This document shows, piece after piece, positions 56,272 through 64,000 of a stretch of 64,000 nucleotides of DNA (positions are counted from its first letter, which is position 1; each line of letters begins with the position of its first letter). Source of the stretch: Patescibacteria group bacterium (GTDB taxonomy: Bacteria; Patescibacteriota; Minisyncoccia; Phycocordibacterales; JBBTRF01). The translations under genes and the position numbers were made by a program. Below the pieces are notes generated by a model. It was not told the DNA's origin. It saw nothing but the letters and a program-made list of their open reading frames with translations, and made no database searches. Where the stretch lies: assembly GCA_038065315.1 (NCBI GenBank), contig JBBTRF010000001.1:300776-364775 (forward strand), given 5' to 3'.

Positions 56272-58608
56272 CTACTTCTTCGATTCGCTTGGCACCGTCT
56301 CAATCTCACATACCCCACCGGCACACGCGAGCTCTTTCTTGACTTCGGTCTCATCAGCGCGCTCGTAGGTCACAATCTTCGAGAAGTCGATGTGTTCGTA
56401 GCGCTTCGCGAGCTCATTGTACTGCACCTCGGTGATCTCCTCGTATGGAGCGAGTCGATACACGTGATTGCTTCGAGGGAGGAACGAGAGTCCACCGACG
56501 ATATCCCAATTCTTGTAGACCCAGTTGCCCACCTCAAGCCACTCGTCATCGCCGACAGAGACGGTGGTCGAAGGATTGTGCTCGGTGAAATTGACCTTGA
56601 CCTGCTTCCAGTATTCGAGCTGGTCGATCGCAGTCTGGTCATTCTTAAAAATAGAACCCTTTGGCGCTCGGACCGGGAAGTCCACGACGTAGGTAGTTGC
56701 ATTCTCGAGGGTCTGCCCTACTTCCGGATGATACTGCACGCCCTGCTCCTTGAGCATCTTGAAGAGTGCGTCGGTCGCCGCGATTCGCACTCGTCGGATA
56801 TAGAACGGTGCAAATCGTGGGTGCACGCCAGACGAACAATCCACGGTCTGAGAAAGATTTCCTGATGGCTTGGTGCAAGTGATCGAAGCGGAAGGATTGA
56901 TGCCGAAGCGCTTAGCAAACTGTTTGTTGACCTTGATCGATTCATCTCGTAATGCTCGCATTACCTCAGGCTTTCGAGATGCCGGAGAGTCCCACTGACC
57001 GGTAATTGATACCCCGAGGAGTCGCTCCTCTTCACAATTCTTCTTCCATTCCGGAGAAAGGTACATGAAATTGGTAAGAGAGGACTGGTAGGTGCCAATG
57101 ATGGTCGCCACACGGATCTTGCGCTTGAGAGATTCGAGAGTGTCTTCATGTCGCGCAACGACTTCAGTGAGGTTGCAGAATTGCTTTGATCGAAGAATGA
57201 TTTCGCCGCAAGGGTTGGTGCCATAGCTATCGATATAGCCCTTTGAAATCGCGAGGCGTCGTGCTGGCATGGTGGTCTTGAGGCCGCCTCGGTTGAAAAT
57301 ACCTCGCTCACCAGAACCCGACTTCATGAGTGCTGTCCACTCGTCGAGAAATTCGGCGTTCGAAGGCTTCTGCATGTATACCGCGGAGTTGTTAGCAAGA
57401 GAACGCTGTGGCTGGGTCATATAGAACTGTCCCTTCTTTGAATCGCGGATCTCGAGATCGTCGAGGTCAGAGAGCGAGATGAGCGCGGTTCGTCGCACAC
57501 CACCAGACACCACACCTTCGCCAATCTTGCAGATAATATCGTGCGCATCGAGGTTGCTGAGGCGTCGACCCTGTCGGCTGAGAATCTTGGTTCGAGTGAA
57601 CTGATGAATCTCCATCAATGGCGCTGGACCAGAGCTCTTGCCGCCCATAGTCTTCAGTCGTGCGCCGGCTGGTCGGAGCTCCGAGTAATCAAACTGCACA
57701 TCCTTGCCTTCGAACCACATCTTCATACCGAAGGCGAATGAATCCGCCCAACCCTCTCGGCTGTCTGGAATCACAAACTTCACCACTTCGCCGGTCTGCT
57801 CTTTAATGATCGGGAGCTTCTGCACGTTGCGAGTCTCGACAGAGAAACCGACGCCGGCTCCAGACATGGAGAGCGCCATAATCTCAGCAAAATCCTGGTA
57901 CGATTCCGGAGCGATAAATGAACAGTTGTACGCAGTGACATTGCTCTTGCGCGCCGCTGGGCCAGCGAATTGAAGAAGACGCATTGACGGCATCGCCTCC
58001 TGCTTCGCGATAGTGTCGCGCACTTCCTTGTACTCTGCCTCTTTGAGCTTGCCGCCAAGATTCTCTCGCATGAAAGACATGTAGCGATCCACGGTTTCTA
58101 CCCAAGTCTCACGACGACCTTCGGTGTCGATCCATCGAGAGTAGGTTCGGTAGTAGATAAATTCGCCGAGCGCATTGCGGAAATGGCTCTTGCTTTCCGC
58201 AGCGAGCTTGCGCACATGCTCTGGCACCTGCACACCCTTCTCGCGGAGCTTGGTGCGCTCCTGTCGATAGAGAATGTAGGCCTTTGCTGCCTTCACATAG
58301 TCGCTCATCATGAGCTGCTGCTCGATCATATCCTGCATTCCCTCCACGGTAGGAACAAAGTCAGCGTGCTTCTTGGTGATCCGGACCAATTCAGCATACA
58401 CCTTGTGTGCCACGAGCTCAGCTTCTTCCATTGAACCCTCGGTCACATCCAACATCGCCTTGTGAATCGCGTTTGAGATTCGCGAAAGATCAAACGGCGC
58501 GAGTGTGCCGTTGCGCTTCTTCACGGTCTTGATCAAGCCTCCCATTCGGGAGCTCTGCTTTGCTTCCTTGTCTTTCTTTTCTGATGATCGTGGCGCTTTT
58601 TTCGGCAT
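56272..58608 (-). CDS. nrdJ: Class II (B12-dependent) ribonucleotide reductase with N-terminal ATP cone
   Basis: VKKRNG..FDLSRI ATP cone, RTYSR, MPSMR, YNCSF, GGVRR, TNPCGEI (thiyl Cys), KPSG, EHNPS, C-terminal CAGGVC. Confidence 0.92.
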   Translation of the reverse strand: MPKKAPRSSEKKDKEAKQSSRMGGLIKTVKKRNGTLAPFDLSRISNAIHKAMLDVTEGSMEEAELVAHKVYAELVRITKKHADFVPTVEGMQDMIEQQLMMSDYVKAAKAYILYRQERTKLREKGVQVPEHVRKLAAESKSHFRNALGEFIYYRTYSRWIDTEGRRETWVETVDRYMSFMRENLGGKLKEAEYKEVRDTIAKQEAMPSMRLLQFAGPAARKSNVTAYNCSFIAPESYQDFAEIMALSMSGAGVGFSVETRNVQKLPIIKEQTGEVVKFVIPDSREGWADSFAFGMKMWFEGKDVQFDYSELRPAGARLKTMGGKSSGPAPLMEIHQFTRTKILSRQGRRLSNLDAHDIICKIGEGVVSGGVRRTALISLSDLDDLEIRDSKKGQFYMTQPQRSLANNSAVYMQKPSNAEFLDEWTALMKSGSGERGIFNRGGLKTTMPARRLAISKGYIDSYGTNPCGEIILRSKQFCNLTEVVARHEDTLESLKRKIRVATIIGTYQSSLTNFMYLSPEWKKNCEEERLLGVSITGQWDSPASRKPEVMRALRDESIKVNKQFAKRFGINPSASITCTKPSGNLSQTVDCSSGVHPRFAPFYIRRVRIAATDALFKMLKEQGVQYHPEVGQTLENATTYVVDFPVRAPKGSIFKNDQTAIDQLEYWKQVKVNFTEHNPSTTVSVGDDEWLEVGNWVYKNWDIVGGLSFLPRSNHVYRLAPYEEITEVQYNELAKRYEHIDFSKIVTYERADETEVKKELACAGGVCEIETVPSESKK

Positions 58609-58892
58609 GTGGATGATAATGGATTATGGTTAATTCTTCTTGATAAAGAATTCATTACTTCTTTATCGTGTAAAGACTATTTTACTCCAATCCATACCTC
58701 GCGCATAGGCAGTGGCAAGCGGTTTTGCGCAAGAAAATACAAAAAAGCTCCCGTGGCAATGGCATGCTGAAAATGCCTTGCAAACGAGGGCTTTTCTGGG
58801 AGATAAACGAGCGTTTTCTTTTAGAAGAATTTTATCTTCTCGATTTTTTAGACTTTTTCATCCCTTCTGTGGAAAAGTTTTCGACCTTATCC

Positions 58893-60065
58893 TCAAAAGT
58901 GCGTCGAGAGCGGTGTGCCGAGACCGGTCACGAAGTCGTAGTGCTTGCGCGCTGAACAGTAGAAGGTACAGTCGCCGTTTTTTCCGCTCACAATGTCTCG
59001 AAAAAAGTCCGCGTTCTTCTCAGAGGCTTTCGCTTTGTAAAATGATTCGTGCGAGACATTGCTGCCGATCATTTTGATCGCTGCCCAAGCCGGTGCGCCA
59101 GCACTCGTACCACCCAGCACATGCCAACCACTCTTTTTTGCCCCGGCTGAGGTAGAGAATACCGAGAAGCCGGTCTTGGGGTCAGCGGCAAAGGCCACGT
59201 CTGGGACCGCTCGCTTGCCATTGGCCTTCGAGATCACGTAATCGGCCTGGAAATTGGGTTGAATTGAATACTTACTCACCCCACCACCACTTCCCGACCA
59301 CGCTTTTTCTGAGAGCATCGAACCATCCTTCTTCAGATTAAGTGTCGTGCCGCCAACCGAGACGACATTCGGTGACGCTGCCGGCCAACTCACCCCCGTG
59401 CCACTGTCACCAGACGAAGCGAAAAAAGTGGCACCGTATTTTGAAGTGAAGTGATCTTCAAGATGGATCTGGTCAGGAAATTCTTTACCACCCCAGCTCA
59501 TGGAGATCGCTGATACATCTTTGCGACCACGTGCGTAGTCGATCGCCTCGAGCAAATCCTTCCCTTTCGCCGATTTCGCCACTACTAAAAGTATTTTGGC
59601 CTTCGGAGCGATGGCGTGTGCCCACTCAACGTCGAGTGCGCTCTCGAGAGCCCAGGTGGTGTTCGCCTTTATTTTTGGATCCATCAGGTGCTTTTCGAAG
59701 CAACCGTTTACTTTCGTACAAGCCGGCAATGAAAATTGCCCGTTGAACACGGCGAGATCTTGCTCGATCGTCGGATTGTCATATGCCGTGATGATGGCGA
59801 GGGTCTTTTTAGTAGTCGAGCTTGCAGTTGTCGAAAAGGCGGAAGCCGCGCTGGAGGCGGAGACCGGCGGCACCCGCTCAATGAGACGATAAATGCGCTT
59901 TACTTGGTCGGGCGTGAGGCCTTTTGGACTCGCACTCACCGAGCCATACGATTTAATGTCCGGCTTAGCGACAAAATCTTCCAAACCACCAATAGCTTGA
60001 GCCATTTGTGGGCTAGCGAGGCTAAAAATAATGCCGAGAGCGATGGCTGCGATAGATATATTCAT
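58893..60065 (-). CDS. Secreted S53 (sedolisin-family) peptidase
   Basis: Signal peptide; ESALDVE (Glu/Asp), SSGDSG, GGTSAGAP (Ser), YDFVTGLGTP. Confidence 0.9.
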   Translation of the reverse strand: MNISIAAIALGIIFSLASPQMAQAIGGLEDFVAKPDIKSYGSVSASPKGLTPDQVKRIYRLIERVPPVSASSAASAFSTTASSTTKKTLAIITAYDNPTIEQDLAVFNGQFSLPACTKVNGCFEKHLMDPKIKANTTWALESALDVEWAHAIAPKAKILLVVAKSAKGKDLLEAIDYARGRKDVSAISMSWGGKEFPDQIHLEDHFTSKYGATFFASSGDSGTGVSWPAASPNVVSVGGTTLNLKKDGSMLSEKAWSGSGGGVSKYSIQPNFQADYVISKANGKRAVPDVAFAADPKTGFSVFSTSAGAKKSGWHVLGGTSAGAPAWAAIKMIGSNVSHESFYKAKASEKNADFFRDIVSGKNGDCTFYCSARKHYDFVTGLGTPLSTHF

Positions 60066-60109
60066 ATGTATGCGTGTTATTGAGTAATACACATAGCATA
60101 CAAAAAGAG

Positions 60110-60175
60110 CGATAGAGAAACTGCTAAGAAAGGTTCAAGAAACCGCTAAGATTTGGTAGAGAAATGATGAAGAAA
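60110..60175. promoter_or_regulatory. Shared operator-like motif, copy 2 (11-bp phased array)
   Basis: CGATAGAGAAACTGCTAAGAAAGGTTCAAGAAACCGCTAAGA... Confidence 0.65.
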
Positions 60176-62647
60176 CTAGCGCCACGTAAACGACTTCACC
60201 GCTTGATCGAAAATGAGAACATTTTTCTCGAAGTCCGCCTCATCATCAATGTAAGAAATCCAGCGTTTCATTTCATCCTTATCGATAAATACCTGCTTCA
60301 CTTTCAACTTTGGCGGAAGTTGTCCTTCGGTCCCAAATTCGCCTTGATATGACCCTACAAAGTAGGCGGCAGGGTTGCCATCAACAGTGGTCGTGCCAGT
60401 CTCAAGTAGTTTGAATCCTTTCGTCTCTCCATACCACTGCTTCCAGGAAATCACTGAGTCATCTCGGTAGTCGGCGATTGGATATTTTCTAGGATACAGT
60501 TCGGCATCGATGACGCCAACACCCATCACTCCACGAAACACGTCTTCTGATTCCAATAATGGCATGTATGACTCGACGGTTAGATTAGGAATGTCGAGCT
60601 CAGCGTTTCTTGACCACTCTTTCGGGACTGTAAGCGTGTGACCGAATTGGCGATTTTCGTACACCGCAAGGCTGTCGTCAGTATCGGTTACCGAGGAGAC
60701 AGTATCAGTTATCGTGAATGTTCGCGAGACTTTTTGTATCAATGAATCCTGGATCTCTGGACCGTTGAATCCATCGAAAGCGAGGGTGTACACCTTCCCA
60801 TTGTGGGCCGCAAAAATAGCGGTTACCGTAGATGTCGCGATATCTCCAACATCTCGAAAACTGAAAGACAGGAGGGTTGCATCGTACCCAGACAGTTTGG
60901 TAGGCTCATTTCGTTCAATAACAAAGCTCTGAGCAGCTCTCGTACTAAGGCGGATGTAGGTGTCCACAAAATCCTTTAACCCTTTCGCGTAGCGATTCAC
61001 AGAAACTCGAATTCTTTGATTATCGACTAAGAAGCCGTCGACGTCATACTCCGGCTTCACGAAGCGTGCGATGTGCCCATCTTCTGGAGTGCCCCCGACT
61101 GAAAGCCATTCGCTTGGATACTCGAGGACAAAGCCATAATCACGATTCATGTAACGACTAATATCGCCCACCGTCTTCTGAGTGTAGTATGGATACCAGG
61201 AAGCGATCATAGACCTCGCGTCTGGAAGATATTTCGAGAAATCAGCGGGAGTAGCCTCATAAGAAAGTAGGTAATAGAAGTTGCCCCTCAGGAAGAATGT
61301 TTGAAACACTTTTCGAGGACCGACGATGCTAGAAGTCGTTGAGGAAAGTCTCTCAATCACGTAGGTGATTTCTGTTGATGGATAAATTGAAATCGTACTT
61401 GTTGCGACCATCATAGAGACAACCTTCGATTTTTGGTTCTCTTTAATTGAAGAAATGAGGAAGTCTCTGAATGAATCCTCATCTTTGGCTGTCTCTGGTA
61501 AATTACCGACAGTGATGACGATGGCGGTAGTCGATGCGATCGATTTGTTATCTGGACCGAAAATAATTTGATGACCGTAGACCTCTGAATCCGACGCGAG
61601 AGCCTCGCCAGTCTTCCGCCAAGATACAGGATAATCTATCGTGAATAAATCTGTCGCGTTTTCTGAGGTAAAGTATGTTTCGTGCGGAACCACCACCTGC
61701 TCTAGCTCACTGAAGCGGTTGGCTGAGATGGCCTCTTTGAAACCGAGGTAAAAGGCGACCGAAGAAATCGTGATTAGGCCAATGATGGCGACAGCCATTG
61801 AAGCCACGAGCTTCTTCTTTCGCTTTTTGTCGAGAGCTTCATCCGGTGCAATCTCTGCGGCTCTTATCGAGCGGAGATCGTAGTAGATTTCAAATACCGT
61901 GAGGATAGAGAGTGGTGCAAAAAAGAGGAAAATGCCAGCGGCAAAAATAATTCCAGCGACAACATATACAATAATGCTAATAATCGTGCCCTTGAAAAGT
62001 ATCGCAAGGACTACTGTTGGGATCGCCAAAATAGCTGTGGCCAAAAGAGTGAGTAGGCCGACGAGGAGGGTGGTGCTGATCATTCTAAGCAACACTTTCC
62101 ACCAATACCCGCGGACCAATCTCCAGCTCCCCAAGATCGCTTGGAAACCCTTCCGCCCTTCTTCAAACAACTCGTACTGAGAAAACACTAGATATCCGGA
62201 CAAAATAATACCGGGAACAATGAAAAGAAGTGTCGCACCCGCAGTCGCTAGTGACGAAATAATAGATATAAGAATAAGTGACCAGAATAGCGGTCTTGCC
62301 TTTCTGTACGCATCTTTTATGCCGACAAACTGCCCTTTGCGAATATCGACAATACTTTTGAAAAGTGCAACCTTGGAAAGCAGGAGAAAGAGCCAAAGAA
62401 GTAGACCGAGGATAAGGGAGAGAATGATCATGGATACAGACATGCTCAAATCCCCAGTTCCCTTATCGATGGTATCTGAAAAGTTACCGAGGCGCAGACT
62501 GACATTTCCCAAACCACCGAGCAAAAAGAGCGGCCACAATTTTTTAAAATGCTCTTTGTAGAATGTGTAGGCTTTTTTTACAAGCAACGACGGACCGAGT
62601 AACGTCCTTTTCTCCACACCGAGCGGCGCGATTGTGTTTGGATCCAT
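60176..62647 (-). CDS. Multi-TM protein with three PsbP/Mog1-like extracellular domains
   Basis: About 7 TM helices (SWRLVRGYWWKV), then repeats FTIDYPVSW, YGFVLEYPSEW, FGHTLTVPKEW. Confidence 0.75.
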   Translation of the reverse strand: MDPNTIAPLGVEKRTLLGPSLLVKKAYTFYKEHFKKLWPLFLLGGLGNVSLRLGNFSDTIDKGTGDLSMSVSMIILSLILGLLLWLFLLLSKVALFKSIVDIRKGQFVGIKDAYRKARPLFWSLILISIISSLATAGATLLFIVPGIILSGYLVFSQYELFEEGRKGFQAILGSWRLVRGYWWKVLLRMISTTLLVGLLTLLATAILAIPTVVLAILFKGTIISIIVYVVAGIIFAAGIFLFFAPLSILTVFEIYYDLRSIRAAEIAPDEALDKKRKKKLVASMAVAIIGLITISSVAFYLGFKEAISANRFSELEQVVVPHETYFTSENATDLFTIDYPVSWRKTGEALASDSEVYGHQIIFGPDNKSIASTTAIVITVGNLPETAKDEDSFRDFLISSIKENQKSKVVSMMVATSTISIYPSTEITYVIERLSSTTSSIVGPRKVFQTFFLRGNFYYLLSYEATPADFSKYLPDARSMIASWYPYYTQKTVGDISRYMNRDYGFVLEYPSEWLSVGGTPEDGHIARFVKPEYDVDGFLVDNQRIRVSVNRYAKGLKDFVDTYIRLSTRAAQSFVIERNEPTKLSGYDATLLSFSFRDVGDIATSTVTAIFAAHNGKVYTLAFDGFNGPEIQDSLIQKVSRTFTITDTVSSVTDTDDSLAVYENRQFGHTLTVPKEWSRNAELDIPNLTVESYMPLLESEDVFRGVMGVGVIDAELYPRKYPIADYRDDSVISWKQWYGETKGFKLLETGTTTVDGNPAAYFVGSYQGEFGTEGQLPPKLKVKQVFIDKDEMKRWISYIDDEADFEKNVLIFDQAVKSFTWR

Positions 62648-62691
62648 GATGTTATTCTTATCAATGATACGCGAATGGTTCTGGAACGTAA

Positions 62692-62861
62692 AGGGATTCG
62701 GTCCTTACAGGACCACCCTAGAAGCTTCGGTCCTTGCAGGACCAGTACGGGTTTCCCATTTTCTTGGAGCAAAGCTCCTCGAAAATATGGGAGAACCTTT
62801 TCGAATCCCTCACGCAGGCACTCAAGTGCCTGCTTCTTTCCTCCGTTCGCTCCGCTCACTG
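62692..62861 (-). repeat. tRNA-trailer element (core type B) of tRNA-Ser(GGA)
   Basis: Inverted copy TTCGAATCCCTC-[hairpin]-TCTTTCC at 62800-62841, core 62729-62799, duplicated terminal hairpin, sense repeat CGAATCCCT. Confidence 0.9.
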
Positions 62862-62948
62862 CGGAAAGAGAGGGATTCGAACCCTCGATACCCTTTCGGA
62901 TATACAACCTTTCCAGGGTTGCCCATTCGACCGCTCTGGCATCTTTCC
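62862..62948 (-). tRNA. tRNA-Ser(GGA)
   Basis: GGAAAGA/TCTTTCC, CAACC-CTGGAAA-GGTTG, long variable arm, TTCGAAT. Confidence 0.94.
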
Positions 62949-62959
62949 AATATGTAGTT

Positions 62960-63163
62960 TTATACTGTCACGATCTGAATCGGCCGACTTAAGTCGCCCT
63001 TAGAAATGACATCTGAAGCACTTAGCAGCTCGATGCCGACGATGCGTCCCTCCTTATCAACGTCGGCATGGAAGCCTCCTCCCACCTCGACGGTACGCTC
63101 GATATCACCAGATCGAAAAGAGAGATACAGAGCATCGATATTTTTATCATACGTTACTTTCAT
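62960..63163 (-). CDS. DUF2283-family putative antitoxin
   Basis: MKVTYDKNIDALYLSF..DVDKEGRIVGIELLSAS. Confidence 0.88.
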   Translation of the reverse strand: MKVTYDKNIDALYLSFRSGDIERTVEVGGGFHADVDKEGRIVGIELLSASDVISKGDLSRPIQIVTV

Positions 63164-63371
63164 GGTATGTGGTGATAATTATATATAATACTGACTCGAC
63201 AACATAAATCACGACGAGGCTCCTAGTTCCATATCTGCGAACAGCCTTTTTCCTGCCAACTCGCAAAAAGGAAATCTTTTCGGGTCGCCTCACCGTTTCG
63301 AATACCCGAAACAAGCTGACCTCCCTCTGCCGCATTCTCTCTTTCGCATGTTCAGTGTATACAATCCTCAT
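63147..63371 (-). CDS. DUF4258-family putative toxin (RelE-like)
   Basis: YTEHAKERMRQR..V..P..VVIY..IITTY; overlaps the DUF2283 gene. Confidence 0.85.
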   Translation of the reverse strand: MRIVYTEHAKERMRQREVSLFRVFETVRRPEKISFLRVGRKKAVRRYGTRSLVVIYVVESVLYIIITTYHESNV

Positions 63372-63413
63372 GTTTTTGCAACAAAATGTAATAGCTACAT
63401 TGTCGCAAAAGCG

Positions 63414-63465
63414 CGATAGAGAAACTGCTAAAAAGCGATAAAGAAAGCGCTAAGAAATGATAAAG
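63414..63465. promoter_or_regulatory. Shared operator-like motif, copy 3 (11-bp phased array)
   Basis: CGATAGAGAAACTGCTAAAAAGCGATAAAGAAAGCGCTAAGAAATGATAAAG. Confidence 0.65.
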
Positions 63466-63481
63466 TTTCTATGAATTTCCG

Positions 63482-64000
63482 CTACCAACTCCCACTCGAC
63501 CCACCCCCTCCTGAACTGCCACCGCCAAAGCCTCCGAATCCACCGCCTGAGGACCCGCCTCGTCCACCACCAAACCACCATGGCGCAACGCCGTGCGATA
63601 GCATCGAACGGTGGTACGAACGCGAAAGCAGAAAGTCGAGGATTAGGCCGAGCACGATCAGAATCGCCGTCCAAGCGACGCCGGTGTAGAGAAATCCGTA
63701 GATAAAGCCAATAATAATGCCCCCGACACCGCCAAGCACTCCTCCCAACCACCACGAACGCGAGGCACCCAAAATACTGCCGACAAAACTGAAGAAAAAG
63801 AATGCGAATACCAAAATCGAGTCGAAAGAAAGTCCCATGAATCCTGATGAATGCTCGACCGACGGAACATCCGCTATTGCAGACGGATCCCCGCCCAATG
63901 CGCCGGCGATTTGGCGCACCGCGGCGCTAATGCCGCCGTAATAATCGCCGGCGCGAAACGCCGGGGTCAAAGTATTGCGAATGATCGCCCCACTCTGCGC
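63482..64000 (-). CDS. TPM-domain (YgcG-like) membrane protein, 5' end outside window
   Basis: PAFRAGDYYGGI, SRSWWLGG, Gly-rich tail GGFGGGSSGGGGSSGSW. Confidence 0.85.
   Translation of the reverse strand, partial: AQSGAIIRNTLTPAFRAGDYYGGISAAVRQIAGALGGDPSAIADVPSVEHSSGFMGLSFDSILVFAFFFFSFVGSILGASRSWWLGGVLGGVGGIIIGFIYGFLYTGVAWTAILIVLGLILDFLLSRSYHRSMLSHGVAPWWFGGGRGGSSGGGFGGFGGGSSGGGGSSGSW

Noticed and set aside
60110-60175. Possible CRISPR array
   Set aside because: Units are 11-bp degenerate repeats without spacers, and there are no cas genes.

Overview
A 64-kb chromosomal segment whose gene content points to a Patescibacteria/CPR bacterium, probably Parcubacteria (inference from tandem VirB2-like pilins, short IF2 and ValS, a degenerate HisS paralog and no biosynthetic genes). 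Housekeeping genes include clpB, iscS, infB, rbfA, gyrA (with a 394-aa HNH intein), rpsA, pth, lepB, ybeY, ftsA, ftsZ, trxB, a NUDIX-tsaD fusion, valS, lepA, murJ and nrdJ. The window also holds 11 tRNA genes, RNase P RNA, a toxin-antitoxin pair and several orphan genes. The most striking signal is non-coding. Three tRNA genes (Gly-CCC, Ser-GGA, Leu-TAG) are each followed by an element with three parts: an antisense copy of that same tRNA's T-arm/acceptor strand, a conserved structured core, and a sense repeat restarting in the T-loop. The Gly and Ser cores are 66/71 identical and carry a covarying hairpin inserted at the same T-stem/acceptor junction. Lys-CTT carries a truncated version. Also notable: a promoter- and terminator-bounded ~112-nt rod-shaped ncRNA, two dispersed structured repeat families, an 11-bp-phased operator shared by 3-4 promoters, and pervasive leaderless-type promoters. 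All calls are by eye; no database searches or folding programs were run.
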